64,000 nt of DNA from Lama guanicoe (GCA_013239625.1 MU057102.1:3739782-3803781); one strand, 5' to 3'. Counted from the stretch's first letter, positions 1-12,561 are shown. Made by a program: numbers and translations. The notes: a model not told the origin generated them from the sequence alone.

Positions 1-384
1 CCCCTTGGGAGGCTCCTGGTCTGCACCAGAGTAGTGTCCTGGGCCAGGGGGGCCACCAGGCTGCCCTGGGGGGCCACCAGCCTCTTCAGACTCCTGGGGT
101 CGACTAGGCAAACTCTGGAGCCTGCCCCAGGCTTCCCCATATTGGGTAGCCACTCAGCTAGGAAACCTCCGTGGCACCCCAAAACCGCACAGAACCGGCG
201 GACAGAGAGGACCCCCCAATCACATCTGGAGAGATCTGCAGTAGGCGCTCCTCATTTGGTTGGATGCGACGGGGATCCCAGAGGCCTGGGGCGGGGCTCG
301 CGGTGGTGGTCCGGGAAGAGCGCACAGCGGGATAGGTGCGGTATGGGCCGCTCGGACCTCGATTTTCCCTTGCGGAGCGCTCAC

Positions 385-539
385 CAGAAGCCGGTGCTCC
401 TCCAGAAGGGCCGCAGGGGCCGTAGCGCTCGGGCCGCGTCCACGCGCACCAGGTGCGGAGCCTCGGCAGCCGCTGGAGACGCGGCCAGAAGCGCGACCAG
501 GAGCGGAAGCAGCGCGGGTCGGGGGTGCGGGGGGCGCAT
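385..539 (-). CDS. IDUA: Alpha-L-iduronidase, coding exon 1 (signal peptide and N-terminus); rest of gene lies left of the window
   Basis: ATG at 539-537 encodes [51 protein letters not shown](C), the recognisable IDUA N-terminus; donor TG|GTGAGC at 384. Confidence 0.95.
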
Positions 540-642
540 GGCAGGGGCGCCGGGGCACCCCAACCCTATAGACCCACCCGACCTTTGTCGCTCCCGGAGC
601 CGAGGTCCGCGCCCCACGGCCGGTTCCGCCTCCGGGTTGCGC

Positions 643-653
643 GCCACGTGACC
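643..653 (-). promoter_or_regulatory. CLEAR-type E-box (GGTCACGTGGC)
   Basis: GTCACGTG on the - strand about 110 bp upstream of the IDUA ATG; matches the TFEB/TFE3/USF motif typical of lysosomal genes. Confidence 0.6.
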
Positions 654-1599
654 GCCGGCGCCGGGAGGGGCCTCGGCAGGAACGGGCCAGGAGGGGTCTG
701 GCCGGCGGTGGGAGGTGGGAGGGGCCGGGGCGGTGGGCGAGGAAGCGGGTTAGTGGACGTGAGGTCGCGGACCCGGGTCGGTGGGCGTGGGGCGGAGCGG
801 GCCCCCAGAAAGTGGTGGGTGTGCGCGGAGTCGGGCGGAAGGTGGGAGGCGGTGCCGGGGTAGTGAGGAGGTGGGGCTGGAGCCTGGGGCCGTGGACGTG
901 GCGGCGGGGCCGGGGCAGTAGGTGTAGGGGGCGCAGGGTCGGCAGCCCCCAGCAGGTAGCGCCCCTCTGTCCCCTCCCGCGCTGAAGCGCTGAGCGCGCT
1001 GTGGGCACTGGACGACACTTGGAAAGCGCCTGGTTTTTAGCCGCACGGGTGAGAACCGTCATCTGCAACGCTTCGTAAGTAAGGTCGGCCCTCGGAGCAG
1101 GGAGGAGCCTAACGCATGGCTCAGACCTGCGATGGTTGGGCGGTGGGCAGAGGTGGTCAGATGTGGGACACATTTGGAAGGTGGACTGGTGACCCTAAGG
1201 AATTTGACTGCAGCAGCGTGGGGGTGTGCCGTTTTCGGAGAGGGGCGCGGTTGTAAAGCAGCAGGAGTGGTCAGAGAGCTAAGTTGCCTTTAAGAAGCCA
1301 AGTGGACGTCCCTTCAGGACAGCCAGGCAGCCTGGCCTGGGTGTTGGGGAGGTGGCAGTCAGCGGTGTAGATGTTTAAGCTGTCAGCTGCATGCAGATGC
1401 TGCATGTGTGTGTCTGTACACCTGCCTGTCCTGGAGGGCGCACAGCATCTTCCCCACCAACCGAAGGTCTCGGAACCCAGGGGAGGACCACTTCCCTGCA
1501 CGTCCTCCCTCAGTCAGTAAAACCCACCCGGAGGCAGTCACTGTTGCCAGTCCCTTGGGTTGGTGACAGAGACAGCATCTGAAGAGACAGGAACTGATA

Positions 1600-2350
1600 A
1601 TGTTCTTAAAGTGATGGAAGCCATCCAGCCACAGAATCAAGAGGTGCTCTGTAGCCAGAGGAAAAGTAGAAAGAAAGCAGAATCCAAGCTTCTAATGAAA
1701 AGCTGAAACCAAAGACAAAGGGAACACCTTCAAAGCAGCAGGAGGAAAACAGGGCCTGCAACCCTTGAAGTGCGGAACCACAGGGGAGAACACTGACTTC
1801 CAGCCTAGGCGACTGAAACCAGCAGACGAGGAAACAAAAACTTCAAGGCAAGTAACTCATAGCCAGACTTCTACCTCCAGCAAAAAGTCTACTTTGAAAG
1901 CGGAGGTCAAATAAAGACACTCCAGAGAAACAAAGTCTGAACATGTGTCTCCACTGACCCCCTTTACAGAAGCGGTGATTGGTGTCCTTCCAGGAAAAGA
2001 AGGATCCTGTCCCTGGAGAGGCAGGAAGGGATGAGACGCAGCACAAAGAGGCTACTGTACATGAACCTAACGCAGCGACACATACAACAGCAGTTGTGTC
2101 TCATGGGGCTCGAAATACACCCAGAGGCTAAGGCGTATGCAGGGTTGTGAGGGGAACACGGGTGTGGGGGCACTGGCTCCCAGCCACCCCCACGACCCAG
2201 AGTGTGCGCTCTGCAGGTGTGACTAAGTTAAGGGTCTGGAGATGGAAGATTATCCCGGATATTGGTACTGGGTGCTGGGGAGCAGGGTCCTGGTGGTGGG
2301 ACCACAGTGGCATAGTATGGTTTTCCAGGTGAGACACCCTTAACTTTTCC
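1600..2350 (+). mobile_element. Degraded LINE-1-like fragments
   Basis: A-rich purine-biased sequence resembling the old L1 ORF1 region; by-eye similarity only. Confidence 0.35.
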
Positions 2351-2622
2351 AGGTGAAAAACAGGAGAATAGGGGTCTATTTTCTCCCCTCTATGCTCTTA
2401 CATCAGTCTTGTCTTCCATTCTTTTCTCCCTCCTCATTTCTTTATTCATTTATTTTTCTGTTTGGCATTTTGTTGCTGTCTCTGGCTGGAAGAGGACCAG
2501 GCAGCACCACCAACCTTTCTTCTCTTAAACAAAATCCTGATTTTTCTCTTTAAAAAAAATCTGGCCTGTATCTCTAAGCAGGTAAGAATGATTTCCCTTC
2601 TGTCCCCCTGTCTGTCTCTAAC

Positions 2623-3156
2623 TGTACTGGTGATAGTGGCTTATTTTCGGTATTTTGGGTGCTCTGGCACTTGGGGTCTTGGTCCTGGAGAGGCTGCCCT
2701 TCCTGGACCAGCCAGCTCCTGGAACCAACTGAGCCTCCCCACAAATGGATGGGACCAGAGCCCCCACCCCTGCCAGCCCTTCTCCCCCTCTCACATGCCA
2801 TGCTGATGTCCCATCTGCACCAGCTCACCCCAGGGCCATGTACCCAACAGCCAGAGACTGTCCCCAGAGCTCAGACTGCCAAAATTATTCAAAACGTCCA
2901 GTCCTCAATTGACTGTCTGTACCTGGACTGCCTCACCCATCCCTTCCTGCGAAAACCCCAATAAAGGCTCTGGGCCACATTGTCTCCATTCCTGCTTCTG
3001 TTTCCTGACCCAAAGCTGTGCTCCCAGTGTCCCTGCATGTCGTGGGGTCCCTCCTCTTGAGAAATGTCATAAATTCTTTCTTCAAAGGCAGGTGTCTCCG
3101 TGACTGTCACCTCACCCTGTCTGATGAAAACAAACCTGGGTACACATTTTAGAACG
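2623..3156 (+). mobile_element. Solo ERV1-class LTR (MER39/MER34-like)
   Basis: Starts TGTAC, internal AATAAA at 2960-2965, ends ACATTTTAGAAC; resembles recalled MER39-type consensus. Confidence 0.55.
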
Positions 3157-3879
3157 AAGGTTCAGTCCTGCTGGCTTTGATGATGGAGGAGGGGCCACGA
3201 GTTGGGGAGGGCCCAGAACAGGGCTCCAGGAGCAGCCTCTGGAGGGGACATGGCCCTGCCCATGCCTGGAACACATGCAGAGGGCTTCTGCCAGCCTATA
3301 CTGGGACTGTCCGCCAGAACCGTGTGGATGGCGTGGCACAGCAGGGACACGTGGGTCCACACAGTGGCCTGGGTTCATGAGGGCCTGGGTCATATACTCA
3401 CGTGGTTTTGTGACATTTGCTAAACTAGGACAGCATGACCACAGCGGTTCCCACACTATCTTGGGTCCCCATCACACTTCCCCTCTTGCTGGGGTGGGGC
3501 TGGGGTGGCACTTTCGGGGTCTGGCCAAGGGGAAGCTGAGTGGTGGGAATGTCTGTGGGTCGTGGACATGTCTGTCCCTCACTGTCACTTCCTTGCTTAG
3601 CGAAGTCAACAGGTGCAGAAAACAGCTTCCAGGAACACCCCTGGCAGTTAGCCAGGGGAAGGAGCAAGTCATGTGCACTTTGGGGAAAGGATCGGACATC
3701 CTGCTGACTTCACAGGAGACGCTGACACCGACAAGACAGAGCGGACCCCACAGTCAGTGTGACAAGGGCACCATGTAAGAAGGCCCGTCAGAGCACAGGG
3801 CGTTTTGGATGAGTCATGACACAAGAAAAGTGCACTACCCCGAGCCGTCCCAGCTTCCAGATGAAACAGACTCAACAAA

Positions 3880-4235
3880 GTTGTCTCCAGGCTTGACAGC
3901 AGCCTTGACAATGTGCATGACACAACCAGGAAAGAGTTTTTCTCTCTCTTCTCTCCCTGGACAATGATATTACAAAATTGTTATAAAAACAGACAATAAA
4001 AATGTAGATGAAAACAGAATCAATCGTGGAGTAGGAAGCAGTTATGAATGAAAGTTGTAGGGTTTTTTTCCTGGATTTTGTGATGTTTGTGCCATTTGTC
4101 AGTGTTTTTAATGTTCACTTTGTTGTGATTTTCTCTCATTCTGAAAAAATGTGTATCTAATTTTATCATAATAATTTTGCATTTTTCTTAAAGACAGCCC
4201 ATCAACCTCAGGCTGCCCCAAACCTGGACTGGCCC
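3880..4235. mobile_element. Old hAT DNA-transposon fragment (Zaphod/MER115-like)
   Basis: AT-rich block ending TTCTTAAAGACAGCCC...CCCCAAACCTGGA, resembling the recalled terminus. Confidence 0.35.
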
Positions 4236-4504
4236 GCATCACACTGACTGGCCATGTGTCGGCTGAGTGGACATGAGACCCACTTCACACCACACTGCCT
4301 GGGGGCTGGCAGGTGTACACTTGGAGACAGACAGCTCTCTTCCTCAGACAGGAGCATCTTCATAGCCTCAGGGCAGGCAGGTGCTTGAACAGGACTCAAA
4401 GGCCCTTCCCAGAAGGGAAAGGCTGACCAGCTGGCACAGAGGGAAATAAAGAATGCCTTTGACCCAGAACCACCACTGAGAAGGTGATGTGCAGGAGGGT
4501 GTGG

Positions 4505-5075
4505 ATGCAGTCCATCCCAATATTTCTGGGTCCTGTCTTTGCGAAGACCCATTGTCCCCACCATCTACCCTCACGGCACCTTTGAGGTCGCCTGTGGCCG
4601 TGTGCCGAGCATTGGAAACCAAGACCCGGCCTTCCTGCGTCCACTCACCTGTGAGCGTGTCCTCCTCCTGCTGGTTCGGTGCTGCATTTCCACTCTTGTG
4701 CTCTCGGCTGGTGATTTTGCTGCTTACACAGGCCCCAGCCACGTACTCGTTCCACCCAGCGTTCTGTGCAAGAAACTGGGCCGTGCCCGGCAGAGGAGCT
4801 CTGGCATCGGGTGAGCTCCGTTCAGGACAAGGGACAGCACCGCTGGCCGGGGGTCAGTGCTGGTGAGTCAACAGTGTGCCTCCAATAGGCGGCCCTGAAC
4901 GGAAAACACATGCAACGGGGTTCCGTGTTGACCCATTGGTGAACATGTTGTGACCAGAGGCTGGCAGGAAGCAACTCCGAGTTTCCCCAGAGTGGCTGAT
5001 CAGCATTCGAGGACTCAGGGATTCTAAGTTCCTGGCGACTTTATAGAGAGTAAGTTTAAGAAGACAGAATGGGCT
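4505..5075. mobile_element. Tigger-family MITE (MER82-like), strongly GC-shifted
   Basis: Contains ATGTTGTGACCAGAGGCT.GCAGGAA and GCGACTTTATAGA, recalled from this MITE consensus. Confidence 0.45.
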
Positions 5076-5689
5076 GTAATTGACAAAGGAGTCACTTCCA
5101 GAATGCATAAAGAATTCCTATAAATCAATAAGAAAAGAACTCAATAAAAAAGTGACAAAGACACCTAGCATTGTCTCATCAGAACAGCTGCAGATGCAGA
5201 CCGATCTGGGACCAGGTGCTGGCCTCCCTCGCCACTGGGTGGCAAAAGCCACAGCAACGTAGATACCTCTGCACCGTTACCAGAGAGGCTGGGATGTGAG
5301 ACTGCTGGTGTCCAGGGCTGGCAAAAGTGGGCAGCAGAAGAGAGGGAAGTCTCCTGCTGGTAGAAGTGTGAACTTTTACTTTTGGAGAGCTGTTTGGGAT
5401 TGTTTTCTAAGAAGTAAAGGTACACATGTAGACATGTGTGCACAAGGTATCCAAACACATGGACAAGAATGTTTCCAGAAGTGCTTTTTGTAACAGGCAA
5501 GGTCTGGCACCAACATCCAAGCCTGCTGATGTAGGACTGAGAGGCAGCACCTACTGCAGCAGGACACAGACCCACCAGTGGAGCCCAAGACGAAATGTGG
5601 GGTGAGAAGCCAGTCACCAAATAATGCAGGACTGGCCATTTCTGGGCCTTCTGGTCAGGCTGGCAGAGTCTGTGTGAACGTCAGTTTTC

Positions 5690-6010
5690 CTGGGTTCCCA
5701 GAACAAAGCACCACAAACTGGGTGGCTTAAACAACAGTAGATTCTCTCGCTGATTAGTAAATTGAAACTCTAACCCCGTGTGATGATATTTGCAGGTAGG
5801 CCTTTGGGGGTAATTAGGGTCAGATGAGATCATAAGGTGGGGGGGGTCAGTTCCCTCTCTCTCTGTCTGCAGGCCAGGAAGTGGGCCCTCACCAGAAACA
5901 ACCATGCTGGCACCCTGATCTCAGACTTCCAGCGTCTAGAACCGACAGAAGTAAATGTCTGTTGTTTAAGTTGACTGTCTGGAATTTTGTAAAATGTCCC
6001 AAGCAAAGGT
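5690..6010. mobile_element. MaLR LTR (MLT1-type) pieces in opposite orientations
   Basis: GCTGGCACCCTGATCTCAGACTTCCAG...AAATGTCTGTTGTTTAAG on + (about 5755-6010); CCACAAACTGGGTGGCTTAAACAACAG as a reverse 3' end (5700-5745). Confidence 0.7.
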
Positions 6011-7679
6011 TTAAGTTTAAGCTTCACCTAGAAGCTGTTAATTATTTTGGAAGGTTTCTAAGAAATTCATGGGACAGTTTGATGGAAGTAGGTTTGCCAT
6101 TTTAGTTACTATACTGGATCAGAAAGCAGTTTGAGTTCTGCAGAAATTGTCAGATGTGGGTTTTCCTTTTCAAGATGTTTTCCCTGCTCTCCACTTTCTC
6201 ACAGAGGGAGAAAGGTGTGTACTGAAAGCCTGTTTCCTTAGAAGCCAGCTGTGCTTTAGATTATGGGGACTGGGCTTCAGTAGAAACCTCCGCATCTCGC
6301 AGGCGCGTGGCTGGGCCACGGGGGAGGCAGGTTGGCCTGAGACAGGTTGGGGGATGTGCTGAGGAGACAGGGAGGAGTGGGCCCTCAGGCCACATGGATT
6401 GAGGCTGGGAGGGGGAGGTGGGCAGTGAGCCTGCTGCTCCGATGCCCCAGTGCCCAGGGGCCAGCTGAGGAGCCCCACAGGAAGGGGTGTCCTTGCCTTT
6501 TCAACATCACTCTGCCCCAGGGCTCTTTTTCCCCCTCCCTGGATGTCTGTCCTCATGGTCACTCAGTCCTGGCTCCTCCCATCCATGGCTGGCACCAAGA
6601 CACTAAGTGGTGTTTTGGGCTGGTTTTTCAGTGTGGTGTTGTCTATCTGCCCTAGAACTCAGCCCCAGGGGAGCAGGGAAGCCAGCCCAGGACTCCAGGT
6701 GCACAACCAGGCCAAGCTCCCACCCACCTTCTCAGGGGTCTGCCATTCTGCTCTTCAGGCCAGCCCCTGGCACCACCCTCCCTCTCTCAGCCACCCATCT
6801 CATCTCTTCTCTCTGTCCCCTCTCTGCAGCCCCTCACAGCAAGTTCAGCCTCCAGGCATTTTCCTCTATATTATCCTCCCCTGGCTTCCTCCCCTGCCCT
6901 AGTTTTCTCTTCCTCTGGGGCCCTGCTGCCCCTGCTCGCCCTGCTGTGGTGGGGGCCTGGCTCCAGGGTAGCTCACAAAAACAAGGCAGGGACCAGCCAG
7001 GTCCCAGGGAGGCCCCTTGGCCCATGATGCCCAGATTGGTCACTCCCACTGCAATTTGCAGTCAGGGCCACAGGGGCAGGGACCCCGGAGTGGGGCAGGG
7101 TGACCCGCCTGGACACCTCTCCAGCACCAACTGGAAAAGACAACTCTGGGTGGGGGGCAGTTTGGGGGCTGGGATTCACTGCATCCCCTGGGAGTGCGGT
7201 GGAGGAGGTTCTTCCACAACGGGGAAGGGTCCAGGAGGCCTGAGACAGAGCACAGACAAGTCAGCTGCCAGGCCATGCAGGAGGGTGCCAGACCCTCCGG
7301 CTCCCAAGGCAGAGCTGATGGGAGGAGAATCCTCTTGCAAGAAACCATCCGCAAGCAGGCGGGACAACAGCGTCCCGGCGGGCTGCAGGCCCTGGCCATC
7401 GCTGGCCAGGAGTCCGGTCTGTGGTGAGGACAGGGGCCTAGCGCCTGGGGTTGCTCGCGGCTGGGCAAGGTCCACGCCTCCCAAGACCCTGCAGACAAGA
7501 ACCGCCCATGCAAGGCTGGTTGGAGCATGCAGGGGAGGCAGGCCATCTCAGCCCCAGAGCCATCTCCATCGCCCGCCTCCTCCACCATGGACGCCTAGAC
7601 GTGGACCCAGAGGTTCTGGGTCATCTCCAGACCTCAATCTGGGACCCCTACCCTGGGATCTCAGCCCCTTTCCCGCCCC

Positions 7680-8520
7680 ACTGACTCCAGGGGGACCCCG
7701 AGGGCCGAGCCCCACTCTGGGGACCCGGAGCAGGGCGGAGCGCTCTCCGCGTCGCCCTGCGCAACCGCGAGCTACTCGCGGGATCCAGGGGCCGCGTGGG
7801 AGGTGTCCGTCTGCGCAGGCGCAGGCCTGGGCCCCGAGGTGCAAACCCTTCGCTTCGGGGTTTGAAGGCCGTGTGCCAGGAACCGGATTCCGGCTACTGG
7901 CTTGAGTCGTCGGGCCACCAAAAACATAACCTGTCCGCCAGGCCGCACGGTTCAGACCCCAGCCTACTCCGGGATCCGCGGGCCAGCCCGGCAGTGCCCC
8001 GCCAACGCCCCGTCCCCAACAGCAGGCCCCGCCCTGCCATCGCCCCGCCCCTCGCCCCGCCCTGCTGGGCCGCGCCTGCGCAGTGGCGGTGGGCGCAGTC
8101 GGAAGCCCCGTGCCGACCACGGCGGACTGAGGGGGTATCGCAGGGGAGCGCGGTTCCTCTCGCCCTCAGCGCGGACCCGGCACTCGTCCGCCACTGGGGC
8201 TTGGGCCGCCCTGGCCGGGGATGGCGGCGGCAGCTGAGTCCGGGGCCCGCGCCTGGCTTAGCGGTGGCTCCCCGCGCCCGGGCAGCCCAACCTCCAGCCC
8301 GGAGCTGGGCGCCGGAAGCCGCTCGCGACTGGGGCCGGGGTCCGGGCCAGGGTCAGGGATAGAGAGGCCAGGCGCCAGGCCACCCGGCCCCTCCGCGCCC
8401 GGCCACAGCTTCAGGAAAGTGACGCTCACCAAGCCCACCTTCTGCCACCTCTGCTCCGACTTCATCTGGGGGCTGGCCGGCATCCTGTGTGATGGTGAGC
8501 GCCCGCGACCCCATTGTAGA
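7680..8520 (+). promoter_or_regulatory. CpG island / DGKQ promoter
   Basis: CpG dense; NRF1-like TGCGCAGGCGCA at 7812-7823 and GCGCCTGCGCA at 8072-8082; GC boxes near 8043-8062. Confidence 0.8.
8221..8494 (+). CDS. DGKQ: DGK-theta exon 1
   Basis: MAAAAESGARAW...HSFRKVTLTKPTFCHLCSDFIWGLAGILCD; donor GTGAGC. Confidence 0.95.
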
Positions 8521-10333
8521 CCCCAGCCCCTGGCCCAGAACGGGCATCTCACCTCTGACCTCTGCACTGCCAGCAATGGCCTCCCCAGGACAGAGCTCCT
8601 TGCCCCTCTGGGCGGGAGTGTGCCAGGCCCAGACCTTCCCGGGGGAGTGATGAGGACCCGCTCCTCTGGGGTCTGAAGGCGTCAAGTGGCCTTGGCTCCT
8701 CCCCGAGGAAGGTGGAAAGAACGGTTCCCTGGGCTTCCTCACCTGGGTTGGGATCCGATGGGGGAAGGACATCGCAGCTGCACCGTGCAGGTGCAGTGAC
8801 TGGAGAGGGGTGAAGCCAGCCAGCCCTGAGCAGGCCAGGTAGAGTTGGCCTGGACCACTGACTCCTGGGGCCTGGTGCTGGTCAGTCTCCCCTGGGTGCC
8901 TGCTGCTGCCCATAGTGGCCGAGTGCTGGTGCTGCCCAGGCTCAGACTCCCAGAGAGCTGGGTCGGGGCCTGCCGCCGTGAGTGTGACATGTCCCGACAG
9001 GGCTTCCACCCAGCCACCAAGCCAGCCTGGCTGGGCGAGGAGGCCCTCCCTCCTCTGGCTCCCAGGCAGATGACACACATGCTTCCAGTCCTGCTCCCCT
9101 CCACAGGGGACCGGGCTTGTGCCTGCCCTGCTCAGGGAGACAGGCCTTTGGCTCTGGGGGCTAGGGGCCACTCAGGCCAGGGTCTGCAGAGGATGCTTGG
9201 CTGGATCTGGGTACAGGAGGCTGTGCCCCTCACGCATGATGTCCTCCCCCAGGGGAAGTGGCAGGAGAAGGCAGGGTCCCCTCAGGGGTATGACTTCCTG
9301 AAGGTGGGCTTCAAGGGCAGAGGGGGGAAGAAGTTCATGGAAGGGAAGTGGGGGTGATGTGGCAGCTGGTGACCTTGGGGAGCAAAGGGGCCTGACAAGG
9401 GTGTGGGAGGAAGAGTCCCTTCCCGTCGGGGAGCACCCAGGATGTGGAGGAGGGAGCAGGGGCTATCTCTGTGGGCCAGAGGGGGAAGCTGGGCGCCGCC
9501 TGCAGCTGCTGCCTTCCATGCAGAGCCAGTCTGGTGCCTGGAAGGGAGCTGACCTGCTCTGTGCCTCCCCAGGATGGGTACGGTGCCCCCTCGCTGCCCC
9601 GCAGGCCTTGTGAGCATAGCTCACTGCCTTTGGAGCTTCCGGGCCTCCACCCCTCTGGGCAGGGCAGGTGCGACCCTCACTGGGCCAGCCACCTTGCCTG
9701 CCTCAGGTGGTGAGGGGTGGTCCTGGTCTATCACAGGCTGGCTCTAGTCCGAGCAGGCGCGTTATGCATGGGAGGGGTAATTAGGGGTGTATGAAGATGT
9801 ATAGAGTCAGGGAAGAGTGTTCCTGGCCCTGGCGAAGCCGGTCTGGGGGGGTAGGTGGAGATGCAGGAGCTGGCCAGGTGCCCACCTGCCCGCCCACCCT
9901 CAGCAAAGACTGCATGTGGGGGTGGGGGTGGGCAGGGGCCGCTCCCAGGACACCAGAATACACCATCATCCAGGATAGTCTGAGGCACCCAGGGCCGTGC
10001 TTCTGCTCTGGGCTCTCAGAGGTGGGGCAGGGAATCAGGCTGTCGCTGGGCCCTCCCTCTGCTCCTAGGACCAGGGTGAGGGTTAGGAGGGTGGGAATCA
10101 CTCTGCCCATTATTCCTGCAGTGGGACGGGGCTGGGGCACGGCGGTGGCTCACCACTGCGAAACTGCCCCCGTCAGGTCTGGGAGAGCAAGCCTACTGCA
10201 ATGGGCTCTCTGCCCCTCACAGAAGGCTGCAGCCCATCAGTGCCACTGGCTGCGGCCTCCCTCCCAAGATGCCCTGGGGTCTCTTGATTCCTGTGCAGGA
10301 TGGGGGCCAACTCACAGGCTCTCTTTCCTACAG

Positions 10334-10413
10334 TCTGCAACTTCATGTCCCATGAGAAGTGCGTGAAGCACGTGAAGACCCCCTGCACGAGCGTGGCCCC
10401 GAGCCTGGTCCAC
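10334..10413 (+). CDS. DGKQ: DGK-theta exon 2
   Basis: CNFMSHEKCVKHVKTPCTSVAPSLVH; AG/GT flanks. Confidence 0.93.
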
Positions 10414-11150
10414 GTGCGTATGGAGCATGGGCTACTGCACTTGCCAGGGGAGGGTGTGGAGGGTCTGGGGAGGCCAGCTTTTGTGGCAGAGGCTGGGCTG
10501 GGAGTCAGGCTGGTGGGTTGGATGGGGTGGGCAGTGGCACAAGCCCTGAGGGGCTGGGGTGGGAGTGTCCCCTTGTGCTGGTCTGGGCTCCTGAGCCACA
10601 GACTGTATCCCTGCACGTGGGCCCCTCCCTGGGCAGAGGCTGGGCCTCACTTCCTGGTGGTTCTGACCCTGGCCCTGTGGTTCTCCGGGGTCCCAGGTAC
10701 CCAGTACTGCCTCTCCTGCCTGTCATTGGGCCTCCCTTCACCTGTGTTTTAATCCAGGGGGCCAAAATGCATCATGGAAGGCAACAGGCTTGGGGGAGTG
10801 GTCAGGGCCCGCACAGCTGGATCAGGCCTGGGCAGGACCAGCTGGGGTCTGAGCTGCAGAGGGGGCTGTCAGAGATCACAGCCTGGGGCCACCCTGAATT
10901 CGTCCTGCACAGAATGGGGCATGGGCATGCTGGGCAGTCCCCAGCAGGACTCCTTGGGAGCCTGCAGAGGCGAGAGGCACACACAGCACCGTGTTAATAG
11001 TGCTCAGGAAGATTCAGGGGCATATAGTGGTCAGGCAGATGGTGATGGGAGCTCCCTGGGACAGAGAAGAAGTGGGGCTTGGGGGACAGGATCGGGGGTG
11101 TGGCGCCCGGCTGTAGGCCCCAGGCTAAGGCAGTGCTCTGCCCCTTCCAG

Positions 11151-11250
11151 GTCCCTGTGGCCCACTGCTTTGGCCCCCGGGGTCACTACAAGCGCAAGTT
11201 CTGTGCCGTCTGCCGAAAGGGCCTGGAGGCGCCCGCGCTTCGCTGCGAAG
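11151..11250 (+). CDS. DGKQ: DGK-theta exon 3
   Basis: VPVAHCFGPRGHYKRKFCAVCRKGLEAPALRCE. Confidence 0.93.
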
Positions 11251-11683
11251 GTATCTGCCTCGAGCCTGCTTCGCATCCTTGGGGTCTGAGCCCCACGCCC
11301 TCACAGGGACCTGCCCAGGGTGGCCCAGCCCTCCCTGCGATCAGGCAGCTGCTCTGGTTTGGGGAGGGGCGGGGCGGCAGTGTTTGCTGATTCTAGACTT
11401 GCCAGTGCACGGAGGCAGGTGCCGGGGCCGCAGGGGGCACAGAGGCACAGGGGGCGCACGGGCGCCGGCTACTTGCTGAGGTGGGCTGGATGGGGAGAAG
11501 CTGGCTTCCATCCCGCTGAGGGATGGGGGACTGCTCCTGCTGCACACGTTGGGCCCAGGAAGGTTAAAGGAAGTGCGGCCAGGGCCAGGGGCGGACCCGG
11601 CCAGAGCTGAGAGGCTGGCGGGAAGCAGGCAGGCAGGGTCGTTGGGGAGCGGTGAGAGGCCCCTAACCCTGCCCGCCCCCCAG

Positions 11684-11769
11684 TGTGTGAGCTGCACGTT
11701 CACCCCGACTGTGTGCCCTTCGCCTGCAGCGACTGCCGCCAGTGCCACCTGGACGGGCACCGGGACCAC
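11684..11769 (+). CDS. DGKQ: DGK-theta exon 4
   Basis: CELHVHPDCVPFACSDCRQCHLDGHRDH. Confidence 0.93.
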
Positions 11770-11861
11770 GTGAGTGCGCAGGGCCAGGGACGCCTGAGCC
11801 TGGTCGGAGGGCCACTGGGGGACCGGGGCCCTGCCAAGCCCGCTGACAGCCCTCTCCGCAG

Positions 11862-11987
11862 GACACACACCACCACCACTGGCGGGAGGGGAACCTGTCC
11901 TCGGGCGCGCGCTGCGAGGTCTGCCGGAAGACGTGCAGCTCTTCCGACGTGCTGGCCGGTGTACGCTGCGAGTGGTGCGGTGTCCAG
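11862..11987 (+). CDS. DGKQ: DGK-theta exon 5
   Basis: DTHHHHWREGNLSSGARCEVCRKTCSSSDVLAGVRCEWCGVQ. Confidence 0.93.
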
Positions 11988-12258
11988 GTGGGCGGGGCCG
12001 GGGCGGGGCCTGTGGGGGCGGGCTGCACCGCCCAGTGGCAAAGCAGGGTAGGGGTTGTGGGGGCGCCCCTTCTCGCCGAGCTTGTTTGCATCACGCTCTT
12101 TTCTGACTTTGGGGAATAGGGGTTCGGATGTACAGGGGAGAATCAGGGCTTCTTCTGGTTGGCGGGTGGCGCCCAACCCCCCACCAGGGGCACTCAGTGT
12201 GGACCTCTGGGGAGTCACTGAGGGCCCCAGCTCAAGTTTGACCCCAACCCCCACCCAG

Positions 12259-12412
12259 GCCCATTCGGTCTGCTCCGCGGCGCTCACCCCCGAGTGCACT
12301 TTCGGGCGCCTGCGCACCATGGTCCTGCCCCCAGCGTGCGTGCGCTTGCTGTCCCGCAACTTCAGCAAGATGCACTGCTTTCGTATCTCCGAGAGCGCGG
12401 CCCCGGAGCCAG
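12259..12412 (+). CDS. DGKQ: DGK-theta exon 6
   Basis: AHSVCSAALTPECTFGRLRTMVLPPACVRLL... Confidence 0.93.
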
Positions 12413-12489
12413 GTGAGCGACGGGCGGCAAGGACTGGCACTGGGCTGGGGGGGCAGGCCTTGATTGAGGCCAGCTGAGACCTCCCACAG

Positions 12490-12561
12490 GTGATGGGGAC
12501 GACGGTGTGGACGGAAGCGCCCCTGCTGGCCCTGGTAAAGAGGTGGCGGCGCCGGAGTCCA
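12490..12561 (+). CDS. DGKQ: DGK-theta exon 7
   Basis: GDGDDGVDGSAPAGPGKEVAAPES; donor GTAAGT; preserves phase. Confidence 0.85.

Larger units (their letters stand above)
250..1110. promoter_or_regulatory. CpG island / IDUA promoter with GC boxes and G-tracts
   Basis: Dense CpG, multiple GGGCGG motifs around IDUA exon 1; boundaries approximate. Confidence 0.8.

Noticed and set aside
1-380. SLC26A1, which is nested antisense in IDUA in human
   Set aside because: No SLC26A1 coding sequence is visible; it would lie left of the window, and a 3'UTR cannot be supported from sequence alone
6607-7905. 432-aa ORF upstream of DGKQ
   Set aside because: Non-ATG start, Pro/Gly/Arg/Ser-rich, no recognisable domain, runs into a CpG island; expected by chance at high GC
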